Shown here: piece after piece, positions 51,287 to 64,000 of the stretch
Layout: each line of letters starts with the position of its first letter
Numbering within the stretch: position 1 is the stretch's first letter
Origin: Daphnia carinata
Lineage: Eukaryota
Reading direction: 5' to 3'
Length of the DNA: 64,000 bases
Assembly (NCBI RefSeq): GCF_022539665.2
Contig: NC_081333.1
Location: forward strand, 4,774,001-4,838,000
Made by a program: the position numbers and the translations under genes
Notes under the pieces: generated by a model
The model's input: only the letters and a program-made list of their open reading frames with translations
Told to the model about the DNA's origin: nothing
The model's database searches: none

Positions 51287-53552
51287 TATCGAAAAACAAA
51301 TTCCTCTGGGATCATAAAATATCTCGTAATACACGATTTGCAAAAAAAAGGTATAGACCAGCCAGTCGTTTTGATCACTTCGAAATTCTTTTGGTGATAT
51401 GCAGATCTCGGATCAATTTGTGAGTGGAAAGGGTCTATCATAACTCTTGGTAAATGCAGATACTACGGTTTTAATTCACCTCTTAGATTGTTTCTTTGTT
51501 TCCAATTTGTTTATTAATCTGGATAAGTGGTTTTGAAGACTATTGTAATGGAAAAAACGCTATTTGGCTCAAAATAGAGTTATTGATGATTAATAACGTA
51601 TTTAGTCCTTACTTTTCAGTGCGTCCTCATCGTATTAAACGCATTGTTTTGCTACTGGCGTCGTATTTTGTAAATTTTTCCTTTTTGATAAAAATGATTC
51701 TCTGGTACCCCTTGTGCAAAAGAATTTCTAATGACGAGGGTATTTCTATAGCCTACCTGTGCAAACATCAGAAGAAGTTTATTCAAAACTGCATTGTGTT
51801 CGCGTTCAGCACAACTTCAAATATAAAAATAGGGAATATCGTCAGGAAATCTAGAACAGTTGAATTTTGATAGTTGTTTTTATATGTTGTACAAGTTGTA
51901 GACGAAAATAAAAGATCTAACGTTGATGATATTTTGACATTTATGTCGAAGCTGCAAAGAACGTCCTTGTGCCAATCCCCAAAATCGAAAATGGCAATAT
52001 TTTTTGTAGATTGCACGTTGTCGGGCTTGGCTGTTTATATTCCACTACATCGTAGAAGCAAAGCCTTGGTAACATGTTAGGGAATTCTTCCGTCTAAAAG
52101 AATAAACCTACCAAGGTCGGGATGAAGTTTCTTTCAGCAGCTTGTCGGGTTGTTTGGTAAAAAGACGAACAATATGTGCAGTATTGCACTGCTGACACTA
52201 CTGCTGCTCTACAATAAGTGCTGTGTCATTACCGCGATGAACGAGACGCTGTGTTGTAAAATACGGAGGGATAGGAGAACACCTGGTGTAAAGAGCGTGC
52301 GACATCACAGCCGTAGAAGCCTTTACGCTAGGTGAACTTCGCACTACGTAAAATAAAGGTAATACAAAAATGTAATAAAGGGAGAATTTCCTACGCTCAC
52401 GTCCCCCTTTGATGGGACAACAGAAATATAGGAAAGGATAACACAAATAGCTTTTCCTATCCTAACATTTAAATAACTAGATTTACTTCTCGCTGCAACA
52501 CATCCACGTCACTCTAATGGCATGCAAAGCATGATTAGTTTTATGATTTATTAGTCACAAACTTTCCGCTATTAGTTTATGTTCTACACCTCGTAGGTGT
52601 AATCGTTATTGTGATCCAAATACGCATAGTTTTATATTGTCACGGGGTTTTGAGCACACAAGCATGGAGTTGGCAGATCTGGTGCACGTTTCAACCAAAC
52701 GTGAACCCAAAATGCGTTGCTTTTTTGTAAACACAAGACGATCAATTCACTCAGCCTTGATTCATTGGCTAAAACACGACCAAAGAGTGGATTTCATTGA
52801 TTCACTAACAATAATATAAGTTACCAGAAGATAGATCAATATAAGATACAGCACGGGAAAACATGCAACACTTGCCAACTCTTAAACCAGACAATATGAA
52901 GAAAATGACATTATGAAGAGTCTAATGCGGTTTGCTTTAAGAAAGAGCAACAATTCTTCCATCGTAACCAGCAAATATTTCTCGTAAAATATGAAGCACA
53001 GAAAAACGCGATGGTCACGCTATAAGAATGCTACCAACAGCTTAATAATGTTATCTCAATAAGCCTTACTATACCATCTTTTAGTATAACCAGATTAGTT
53101 ACAGACGACCTACGTACTTCAAGCTTAAAGTATCGGACATTGGCAATATCGGTATTTGAACGCTGTTGAAACCAATTATCAATCATAAAATTTTTTGCCA
53201 ATTAGAACTAGTTTGCCGAATTTTAATTTAGTGCATATAAGAGCTTAAAATTGGCACGCACCGCAGACTTATGAATTTGTCCAAAAAACCCAATGATCTG
53301 CTCAAAATTTTGTATTTTTACCAATGGTAATGCCATCGTGATGTAGAAATGCCATAAAAAATTCCACTATACTTTATTTCGTCGTCCTATTTGATATCTT
53401 TTAGTAGCTGGAATTGTTGAATAGATTGAATTGTATCGGACAGTAATGCTTGTCTTTCCTCAGAAAACTCCAGCGACAGTACAAAAGGTTACCAATCTCT
53501 CAGCTAAAAGTTATTTTCCGTCGATTGGTTCGGAAATGGGTCACCTAGTTAT

Positions 53553-55487
53553 TTAATTTGGCTGAATCCAGTTTAAGGGCGAAGCCTCGTCGTATGTGCA
53601 AGAAAACGGATGCGCCCCTACGTTCGAAGAGTTGAACGGATGATCGATGTCTTCGACATCAACGCCCGCCGATCCTACAGCAGCCAAACCCATGCTCTTT
53701 TGTTGACTATGTCTTAGCAGCATAGATGAAAAGCCGTAGCTGTTGGTTGCAGTAGTTCGATGGTCGCTCGATGTTGAGGCTTCACCAGAAGAAGTGGACA
53801 GCAATCCCACGGAACGCCAGGACGGCAACGGATCCAGAGAAAAATTTGTCGCTTCAAAATCCACTGTACTACCAGGAGGAGAAGCCAACAAAAACTGCAA
53901 ATGACGTATGTACTTTATTGCCAACCTGGAGGAGTCAAGAAATTAAGCATCATAGCTTAGTTGATTTGAACCTTCGTACAATAAAAAGCATTACCTGAGC
54001 GATTCGATTTTCGATAATTTTTTCCCTGGGGGCTTAATGTATGGCAACTTCTCGCGTAAAGAATCAAATGCTCGGTTCATGTCTCTCATTCGAGTTCGTT
54101 CTCGATCGCATGCGGATTTTTTATAATCTAACATCGAATATTTGAGACATTACTGAGTTTCGGATCAACAGTTCTACTTTAAGACAGATCAGCAAACCTT
54201 TTTCATACTGGGCTCTGCTCGGGTTAGAACCTCTCAAACAACGGTAGGGGTTTGGGTATCGTTCTAGGCTGACAGCGTGCTGGAGCATGTCCTCCTTTTC
54301 AATGTCGGCCGCCATAAAAATGCCACCTTCTTGCAATTGCTCTAAACGATGTCCGCTGTACCCAGATCTGCCACTACGATCCATAATAAAACTTCCACCT
54401 GCTGAAGAGCTTTCTGGAACCCAGATCCGCCGATTGTTGGTGTCAAGGTGATACAACGCGTTGGATCCCGCAGGAACCGGCAATGATTTGAATGGATCTT
54501 CCATCATCATGAATGATGGATGTGGATACTCCAAATGGCTGTTTTTTGTTGACATCACAGTATAATGGCAAGGCGAGCCAAGCTGCTGATGCGAAGATTG
54601 AAGAGCCAAATGCGCTTGAGCTTCCTCGTAGCTGTTCTGCATCCAACAAGACGGATTGAAGTTGAACATGCTTGGAATTGGCATTAAACCATTGGTCGCT
54701 TCGATAGACGCGTCCGGAGATTCGTCAATATCTTGGACGACGCTAGGCAAATGACAAGATGCCAATGTTATGTAGCCGGAAGGCGACTGACTATCGTGTG
54801 GGTTATCAACATATGAATTTTCTAATTCATCCCTGTCTACGGAAGTTTCCGTCTTGAGGAGTTCATTTTCTTCATCAATTTCTAGATAGTTAGTGGAAGG
54901 TTCCAGCAAAAGATCTTTTCTAAGTTCCAAATTTCTTGGCAATTCCACTTCATCGTCTTGCTCATGCCTGAAATTGGATTCTGACACGATGACGCTGCGT
55001 TCCTTATTTTCCGCAGAGGGAGTTGTTTGGCCAGAAAGAGATGGGCTAGTTGACAGACCATTTTCAATGTCCCCCAAAACAGCGGATGCCATCGTCAAAT
55101 CTTCAGCCTTAAAATATATACATATATATACTGTATATACATATATTGCTATTTAAAAAACACATGTCGCTTTACGTTTTAATTACGTACCGTATCCGTA
55201 TCGAAAACTGGTACCTCCAATAAGTTACCGTCCTCATGAACATGACTATTGCAGTGTTCAGACTCTTGTCCAGCAGGGATTTGAATAACGCTTCCAGCCG
55301 ATGCTGGCATCCAGTGAATAACCTCAACGGCTCTCTCGCAGTCGGCAATATGTGAAGTTGCAATGGCATCTTTGACTTCGTTGTCATCAGATAATGACTG
55401 GGAATCTTTTGCCTCTGCAGTTTTTTTTTCTTTCTTTTTGTTTTGCATTTTCCGGGTTGACGAACGAGTCTTCTGGTAACGTGCCAT
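53553..55487 (-). CDS. sage: Mesp-family bHLH transcription factor, sage-like
   Basis: Spliced bHLH reads [58 protein letters not shown]. Introns at about 55108-55189, 54128-54197 and 53926-53994. Confidence 0.85.
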
Positions 55488-56547
55488 AGTTAATCCAAGA
55501 TCGTTCTATTGTTTCGGCTCTGTACACCGTTATGACGAGAGCTGCTGCATCCGTTTGTCATCAAATAATTTAGCGATTTAAATTTTAATATTAAACTGTA
55601 ACAGCAGCGGAGAATCTGAAATATATCCGTATCTGCACCTAAGTGTCCCCTCCATCCGCTCAGGCGTTTCCTGTGCGACTGCTTTAGTATGGATCTCGAC
55701 AACGACTATTCAAATGGTACTTCGTGTCTCATTCTGCGCGTTTATCTCAACAGGGGACAGCGATAGGGCCATAGTCTAGGAATATTTATAAAATACTTTT
55801 TTCTCAATTTATAAGTTACGAACGTTTCGAAACTTATATACCACAGTTTACGGATTTTAATGTCAAATAGATGTTTACTGTAAATTTTACTAGCGTTCCA
55901 AGTTGTATCACGTACCAGTTATTTTCGCTAATGGGCTTTAAAGGGTAATTTTTTAAGAGAAGATGTACGCGACCGAGGTCTACATTCCTATGGTGTTTAG
56001 AACCTGCAGAACGAAGCACGGTGTACGAAAGCGATTTTTAACGGAGGACTCAGAACAAATATTTTCACGTAAAAATTCTTTTTAAAATTGGACTTTCCAA
56101 CATTTATGACGTTGTTGAATGCATCGATCAGCTGGTACGACAGGTTCGTGCAAGTGCTACACGTGGTGCACACAACTAACACCTGTGCAAAGGGGCGAGG
56201 TTGGGCTGGCACAAAATGAAGCACGCGTCATCATCGCCACTTTTGAAACGCAGGTGGTGCACAGGTGGTTTATGGTTGATACGTTCAACAAATAATTTCT
56301 CTCCTATACACAACGAATTTGGAACAATTTGTTTACTGAAAGGACCATGGTTCATATTACACTTTCCTGTTTTTTCTGTATTTTACAAGGAAAGAAAAAT
56401 AATTAAAAATGAAGATCAGATACCCGATGGATTTTTAAAATATTGTAAATTTTACAAAGGCTGCGCCTTCTTTCCTCATTACGATCTTCGTGTAATTAAG
56501 AAAAAAAAATGGTTTTAAACACGAGCATTTCTCGACATCTACTTGTA

Positions 56548-57732
56548 TCAGATTACGAAGAATGAAATGACACGACTGCGACAAACGGGGCAATTTTCGA
56601 CGCGCTTGAAGCAATTCGCACAGAGGCAAGCATGTCTGCAAGGCAGTAAAACATGGGTAGTCGGCAAATTCCAACAGATAATGCAGTTGACATTGCCTTC
56701 CTTGAGAAATCTCCGCCTTGAACCATCTTCATCTGTACTACTATTATTCTCCTGTGAATACAAAGGCTAACAAAAATGTAAAAAAGAAAATGTCAATCAA
56801 GATAACATTTCATCTACCAAATGAGAGATTCAACCAAAGACTTTATTACCTTGAGATTTAATACCCGACCACCTTTGAATTTCAGGTATTGACACAAAGT
56901 CGTTGGCGGAACGTTGCAATAACGGTCTGGGATATGGAGTATGGTGATTATGGCTGCTGGTTCCTCATCTCCGATACATTCAACATCGGTTCTGATGTGA
57001 AAAGTGACAAACGCGTACGTCAATCTGGGCAATTGACTAATCGAACTCTGTATTAAGAAAGGCTTGGATAAATGAATATCCTCTTTGGCATATCTGAAAC
57101 AAGATAAATCATGCTGTAGCCATGTTGGCTGATGTCCTTATCACATAAATTAACTGCCAACACCATAGTACTTACATCTGTATATTAGGTAAAATTTTCT
57201 CTTCAGTTGTGAATATTCCACTAAAGTTTTGCCATGGCTCATTAATCAAGAGTCTTACTTTGTCTGCTGACATTTCTTTGCAAACAACAAAAAGGCATGG
57301 GAAGGAGCTAGTGGAGTACAAAGTTAGATTATGGCTATCTAAAAAAGAAAATCTTCAAAGTAAAGAAAAATCTTATGCAGTTGCTAAACTATATACCTAA
57401 TCCAATGGTGTCAAATTTTCCTATTTCCAATGAAAAAGGTAAATCAACTTTAGCTAAGAACTGTTCCTGGGCTGGTTGTTTTACCTCTACAACTGATGTC
57501 ACAGCAAGTTCAAACTCGTGGAGTCTAAGAATGACACAATGATAGACAAACTGTACAATATTAGTTTTTGTCTGCTTCTGTATAACATATGCTTGTCAAA
57601 TTAGAAATATTACCTGAACTGCCGGATAAAAAGGATCATGGCTGCACAACATATCAGAACAGTGAAGATTGATCCAAAGTTTGAAACAATTGCCAGATAA
57701 GTTAGTTGGCATGCAATGTGTAGCATTTGCAT
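56548..57732 (-). CDS. CGRRF1: Cell growth regulator with RING finger domain 1-like
   Basis: N-terminal TM segment (FGSIFTVLICCAAMILFIR), LPRLTYAFV...IITILHIPDRYC...LCQYLK, and C-terminal C3HC4 RING CIICWNLPTTHVLLPCRHACLCANCFKRVENCPVCR. Confidence 0.8.
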
Positions 57733-58228
57733 TTTTCACGTTAACATTTGGCAGTTCTAGAAATGCATTTCGATGTTAGGCCTGCATAAAAAATAAAAAA
57801 ACGAACACGAAAAAATGTTCTTTCCAAACCATAGCCTACTACAATAACAGCCAGTCACCGCGCAGGCGCAATCCCTCCTACGCTTAAAACTAATGTTGGG
57901 CTCGTAATACCCCAAACCGAACTCCACCTTCCACTGTTTGGTAACTAATACTGAATTGAAATGAGTGGAAAGAAGCAGTGGAAAGTGGAATTTTGCTACA
58001 GATACCTGTACTACGACGGCATTAGGCCTCCTCTCCCCCAGAGGAGAGATTGCCAATATCGAGGATATTGGAATGGGTGGGAAGAAGCTGTGGAAAGTTC
58101 TCTGTGGAAGAACAGCTGAAGCATTCTTTTCTTGTCAAAATATATGCAACCTTTCGGTTTTTGTTTCATTGCATTTTTTTTGCTTATTGCCATGTTTTTC
58201 GGGTTCGTCTTAATAAGTTTAGTTTCGT

Positions 58229-58659
58229 TAGGCTTGCCGTTTCGCTTAAATTTTTAAGCGGGTGCGCCGCACCACTCAAAGACAATTGAGCGTGATTGGT
58301 GAACCGCTCAATTGGTAGTTAAGAGGTGCGGCGCTCAAAATTTGCCGTATCGCACATTTTGCTTTCTGCCGTCTGCTGTCTGCTATATATACGACGGTTG
58401 CCTAGGGAGCAAACTTACTTGTGCATGACTTGTAGTTTTGAAAGGGTCGACTGCAATAATTTAGGAAATATTTATGGTACCGACCGTTAGGTGGCGTTAT
58501 TTCCGTGGTAATGACACTTTTTGAGCGGGTTCTCATCGCACATTTTTTTTTTTAGCGTAGCGCCAATCACGCTCAAATGCCGTTAAGCGGTTCGGCCGCT
58601 TAAACATTTAAGCGGAGCGTAAATTCGCTCAAATTTTGTGCGCGCTCACGGCAAGCCAA
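58229..58659. mobile_element. hAT-like MITE
   Basis: TIRs TAGGCTTGCCG / CGGCAAGCCAA (same CTTGCCG core as the other two MITEs) and GCTCAA/TTAAGCG subterminal repeats. The TSD is not clean. Confidence 0.7.
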
Positions 58660-60664
58660 TGAAACTCAAGCAAGAGTTTCATTATGTAAAAGGAGAAAAA
58701 TAAACTTTGTTTTACTGTTGCTTTTGCATTTAATTGATTTAATTTATGAATTATGTGTAAAATGAAAAGATTAAGCTTGTTAAAGATAGACATAGGAAAT
58801 CATATGTAGTTATTCAATATAAACATGTACACCGAAGGAGTGTTTAAAAAAAAAAGAAAGGAGAAATTTTTCTAAACGAGCTTGTAGAAATTTCATTGGG
58901 GCACTGGAAAAATGCCTGCGAGAAGGGATTGTGTTTTCGTAATTTTAAGAGCAATAATGGAATTGCAAAAATATTAGTTCAAACAACATAGCGTTCACGA
59001 TATTACAACGAGCACAACTAATAACAATACTGCTTTTGACTAAAATTTCAAATTTCACCGAATGCTTCATTCAAAGTTTCATCATTTCCCTTTCCCTACT
59101 CCAATCATCATTGAAAAAATGTGTTCAAGGTAAAATAGTTTAAGTTGTACAAAATTAATCCGTGTTGACCAACACTAAATAACCCATGTCATAAGTTCTA
59201 GTTTATTTGTTTTCATATCGATATCATTGACACTACATGCATGCTATCTGAATCCCAAAAGGTAATGCAGTGATCTCTCTCGGTATCTGATATTTTGAAC
59301 ATTTTCCTTTAATCGGACCACGAAAATTTCGAGCCAGTTGTTATGTTCCCAATTGTAGATCTGGATACCCTGGCTATCCAAGGTTTTTTTTGGTAAACTT
59401 TCTACGATTGGTGCACATATAGCTTTTACTGAAATTATTTGGAATGAAGTGATCAGACATCTGTAGACACGTGTTTCGTGTATAGCTGAATGACAGTGAA
59501 ATTCTCAGAGAAATAGAGAAGTGTAATACAGTTTTGTTTCACTGGGAAATTTTCCCAGGACTGTAGTGAGGTAATAATTTAAAAAATCCTATACTATAAT
59601 CTAAATTGTCATAATAATGTCATTGACTTTCCGAGATTCTTCGGTATTGTCCTATCATGTGAACGTGGACAGGATACCCCATCAGCAACCTCTTTCCTAC
59701 TAATTTGCCTCATAGCGTAGATGTATGTTCCGGTCCACGACGCCCATCGTATTCAAGAAAGTTGACGACGAAGAAAGGATGCACACTTTAACGAGTTATA
59801 CAGACTGCATGTTGAAAAACTTTCTCAAAGACTTTCTATTGAGGAGTATAATATGTTATGGTTCTTCAACTGAAAACCAGAAAAACGATTCAGCAGAAGA
59901 GGAACTGAATCTTGACGAAACGAACTCCAGTAAGCAGAGTCATAGAAACCTCGTTACTGCACAATGGGCTGTAAGTTCCATAAGAACGTACTGGGACTTG
60001 TGGTCAAATTCTGGCCGTTAAAAACCGCCCCTAGTGGTTTAGTTGGAGTACTAGTTGATACTAACCAATGAGCTATGTCCTGTCAAAATTTCGACATTCA
60101 ATCAAAGAAGACCCACAAAACGAAGGAAGATTGAAATGGAAAAGCTGTTCATCACGTAGCTATTCTTTGTTTATTTAATTCAACTGAGTTTTAAGGCAAG
60201 TACATTACGAACAATTTTTAAACCCACAAAATATACCAATATTATACATGATTTGAGTTTTCCATGGGTTTTAACTTGGGCAGAGGCAGCTAGCAACATA
60301 GCATTTTTAAGGCGTTTAGACTCAAAATGGTATCGTAGACAAAAAAAACTCTCTTTTTAGATAAGGAAGAAGGAAATCACGATGAACATCGCAGAAAACA
60401 GGAATAAAGTTCGCTTTGGCAATTTTGCAAATGCATTTTTGTAAGTAATCTTCCACATACAGCTGCCCAAGGGGTTGAAATGCGTTTCTAAAATGTTTTG
60501 AATACCACGAAAAGTTTGGCACAGTGATAAAAAAAAATTAGGAACAAAACATTTCTTTACTTTTATCTGTTAGCTAGATCCTTTCGATGTGGGCTAGAAT
60601 TGCTAACATATTGTTAAGAATGCTTTTCTTCTCAGACCAATTTGTTATTGTAATAGCCTACTCT

Positions 60665-62212
60665 CCCTAGTAGCACATCGGCACCGTTTTGGCACCGTTT
60701 TGGTGCCGGGTTTAGGTATGTCAGGTACCGTTTTGGTGCCCAGTTCCCATCCAATTCATTACGAATTCGCACACGATGTCCGCCCCAAAACACCGGAAAA
60801 CCAGGACCTGTTTAACACCCGATATACGGCATCGAAACGGTGCCGTTATTGTAACCAAAATGACATGGGGTTTTCATGCCGGTATACGGTTACGGATCGG
60901 GAACCCAATTTTGGTTTACATTGGTGAAGTAAGAATAAATATTGGTAACAGAAACTGATTTCTTTATTTTTCTTATAATTTGACATAAACATGAGATTTC
61001 CTTGAACATAAACTACACAGAACGGAATGGAAACAGACATTTCTTGACTAAAGAAAATAAAGGCAAAAAAAGTTTTTTTCTTTTGAGTTTCCTTCGGGTG
61101 CCAACTTTTGCCAAAGCATCCCTGGCCTGTGTGTATGTTCTTGGAATATAGCAGCGAATAGCAATAAATGAAGTAAAATTTAACGTGTTAAAATATTGTA
61201 CATACTTACCATAGGAATTTATGACTGTTGTATCAAGGGTGATCCACCCTGTAGAAGGTGTGCTACCTCTGATTATTAATGTGTCCACATTGTTATTGTT
61301 TTCAAGCCAACGGTTGGTATTGGTACTCTTGTTGTACCACGATGAGAGCCCTATGGCCAGCCACTGCAGCGACTTGTTTTCAACAATCACATATTTGTGA
61401 GATTTGGTGTTGATAGCCTGCAATTCATTGCAGGCTTCTTTGTAGCTACCTATAATAAAGTTATTAATGAAGGTTAGTTTAAAATTATAATTTACTTTAT
61501 CACAGGATTTCACAAGACATCCTGGGACACTCTCCCAATCATCTGATGGAACACTGTTTTCTTTCACAAATGACGACACATCGACGCACTCGGGTGGCCA
61601 CAAGACGTTTTCACCATCGAACCAAGAATGAAGAACGATGGCATTAACTTTTAAATTTTCCTATCGCACTACTAAGTACTTAGAAGGTCCTTCCATTTTT
61701 GAATCCTAATGTTTACGTTCAATCTACGAGTATAGAACACTTCTAGAGAAACGTTGCCGTACGTTAAGTATCTGCACTCTACATATTAAGACTTATATGT
61801 TTAAATATATATTACATCGAACATTCCCTCCACCACGTTAATTTTATTGATGCAAAAACATCTAATTTATTTTTAAACCTTCAAATATGGCATAATACCC
61901 AAGTTTTTCTTAATTACAGGAAGTGAGATAATAATATAGTAAAACAAGTGGCAACGTTCATTTCATCTCTGAAGAAGACGCCATTTTTAATGAGCACAAC
62001 ATTTAAATGATGCCGCTTTGATGCCGATTTCGTGCCTAAAACGTGTGTCGGCTCTCTCCGTCATCTGCGGAAGGTTTCGAGTGACGAAATGGTACCCTTT
62101 GCATACCCGGCTTGAGGATGCCTTAGGTATCCTGCAAACGGATACCATTTTGGTGCCTGAAATAGGTGTGGGCACCTTTCGGGAACCGAAACGGCACCGT
62201 GTGCTAATAGGG
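60665..62212. mobile_element. Non-autonomous CACTA/EnSpm-like (CCC-terminal) element nested in the P-like transposase
   Basis: Termini CCCTAGTAGCACA / TGTGCTAATAGGG, with GGCACC/GGTGCC subterminal repeat arrays at both ends and an internal minus-strand coding region. Confidence 0.75.
61030..61700 (-). CDS. Transposon-borne accessory ORF with two copies of a VPxxW...WPP...PxxxW module
   Basis: IVLHSWFDGENVLWPPECVDVSSFVKENSVPSDDWESVPG, and YVIVENKSLQWLAIGLSSWY...RW...RGSTPSTGWITL. Short introns are likely. Confidence 0.55.
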
Positions 62213-63373
62213 GCTCTTTGCAAAAGCGTCCATTCAGGACGTCATAGGTATCATCCAACAGTTTCGTTAACCTTTTGGTTGTATTTGAATCTGAAACAAA
62301 GGTTCGAAATTAACGAAACACATTGCTATAATTATTCCTATTACCATAGCTGAAAGTATCGGTTACCGGCAAACAGTGCTTTAGTTTTCTTCTCCACGGG
62401 GAACTCGACAGTCAGACCGCGATTCAAATATAATCCAAGTGCGTTGGTGTTTGAAAACAATTGTGCTGCCAATAGAAGATTCATTTTTTGAAAATTATTC
62501 GGATGTAGCATGTCATTAGTAAGCCGACAACACGCTATAAGTTTTTTCCTCTTTGGAAACCGAGCAAATCTTCATAGGATTTACAGCCACTTCAGAAACT
62601 TGAAACTGCTAATAAATAAAACGTCATTTATATGCTTGGCAGTTATGAGCAAATATATATAATACGTTTGTATATATAATTACCTGCAGAATTCTATGCT
62701 TCTCCGTATGGTAGCCTGTGCGTTCAAGAAGGTGTGGGACATCGGTTAACCAGTGAATTCAGATTTTATCATACATTGGATGAGTTTTGGCATTATCACC
62801 GTCTTTGTCACCACAAATACCAAAATTACCCATAGCTGATTTGTTGGTAAAAACAACATCATAAACAGTAGCTATGGCAATTGCACCGGTTCGGTCATAA
62901 AGACAAGAATTCTTTTCATTATGAGCTCAATCAGAACCATTCCTGGAGCAGCGCCCTTGGTGCCGAAACATGCGAATGGCTGAATGCACGAACCAAGCAG
63001 AGGTCGATCAACAAAAATTAAAACATGATCGGCTATGCCATTTGGAACCCGTGATGGTTCATTCATCCACATAATCTACCATTCCTTTCCATTTCAGAGT
63101 TCTTGTATCAAATCTAATGTCCTTCGTAATGGCAATCTCGCCCCACATAATAACGACCCATAGTTTATGCTCTTCTTTGCCTTGTTAAGCGAATATATGT
63201 TCGATGGGCTCCAAGGCTCTCTGCTAGAGATTTCCAACGAAATTGACATTCTGAAGAGCTGAACAACCGTCTATTGGTTGACGGATAGGGAAACGGTAGC
63301 AATTCATTGTCCCTAATATGGATGTAAACCTTATTGCTCTTTATTTTTAATATCACGCATTGAAGAAGGACAG

Positions 63374-64000
63374 CCCTACTAGCACTCGGCCGTCACAGGG
63401 ACATCCTTATGATGTCTTTCGCATCCGAGCTGGATATCCTTTTAGATGTCGCCTCTTAGGGACATCGCAACAAGGATGTCCAATGATATCAATCTTCTGA
63501 GATCCCTTGTCGGTTCACATATGGATGTCCCCGAAATGTCCATGTACGGATATCCCTGTAACTTCCCGACGAAGCAAAATAAGGATATCGCGCGTACTTT
63601 TATGGACATTATTCGGACGTAGCAAGGACCCTCAAATATTATTAATTAAACGAATAATAAATAAATGTAATGAAACATTTTTTTATTCAGTTATTTTTTT
63701 GCTGCGTTGAAGACATACAATCAATGTTACTCCAGCTTGATGGTAACTGAAAGCAAAGTACACACAACTACCTGTGAACACTAAATCACGGTGTCACCTG
63801 TCTTCTTAGTTTCATGACTAAATTTGAAATTTAAAAAGCATATAGCATGCAAGCACTGTATAAATTCTGCAGTGTTCCAATGTCTTAAAAGAAGAGTGGT
63901 CTCAGCGTACTAGAAAACCTATAAAGAAGGAAAGTATTACTAACTTGTTTACCTTTCAATGAATGAACATATTTCTCAAAACCAGGAGACGCAGAAGCAA
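63374..64000. mobile_element. Left end of a second CCC-terminal (CACTA-like) element, running off the window
   Basis: Starts CCCTACTAGCAC, followed by an array of GGACATCC/GGATATCC/GGATGTCC repeats to ~63620. It truncates the P-like transposase. Confidence 0.65.

Larger units (their letters stand above)
59750..63360 (-). pseudogene. P-element/THAP9-like transposase relic, interrupted by a nested insertion
   Basis: LKIKSNKVYIHIRDNELLPFPYPSTNRRL, DHVLIFVDRPLLGSCIQPFACFGTKG, HWLTDVPHLL, RLTNDMLHPNNFQKMNLLLAAQLFSNT, DDTYDVLNGRF. The frame resumes left of the insertion (AITITNWSEKKSILNNMLAIL). Multiple stops and frameshifts. Confidence 0.8.

Noticed and set aside
59250..59700. Possible THAP-domain remnant (TRV..SDHF on the minus strand)
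   Set aside because: Only a partial, frameshifted motif; too weak to call.
63374..63620. Interspaced GGACATCC/GGATGTCC repeats as a CRISPR-like array
   Set aside because: The repeats are short, in both orientations and irregularly spaced next to a transposon terminus.

Overview
This is eukaryotic, intron-containing, AT-rich arthropod DNA. Short introns and the gene content suggest a crustacean, probably Daphnia-like (inference). In order, the window holds: a Star-like/FkbM-type methyltransferase gene; a ~2,330-aa three-exon gene with a complete SecA-type SF2 ATPase core inside a giant non-canonical protein; an unknown minus-strand gene with an internal duplicated motif; two hAT-type MITEs with perfect 8-bp TSDs; and a tandemly triplicated cuticle-protein cluster. 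That cluster consists of head-to-head R&R chitin-binding gene pairs, each unit followed by an intron-containing tRNA-Ile(UAU) copy in a different state of decay, with the oldest-looking pair pseudogenised. Next come an RR-1 cuticle gene, an internally deleted Gypsy-type LTR element (gag, protease remnant, env-like C-terminal remnant, 4-bp TSD), a Copia RT/RNaseH remnant, numb, SF3B2, a sage/Mesp-family bHLH gene and CGRRF1. The window ends in a nest of DNA transposons: a third hAT-type MITE and a P/THAP9-like transposase relic interrupted by CACTA-like elements. The SecA-like giant protein is the strongest candidate for an uncharacterised system. All calls come from reading the sequence by eye; no searches were run.
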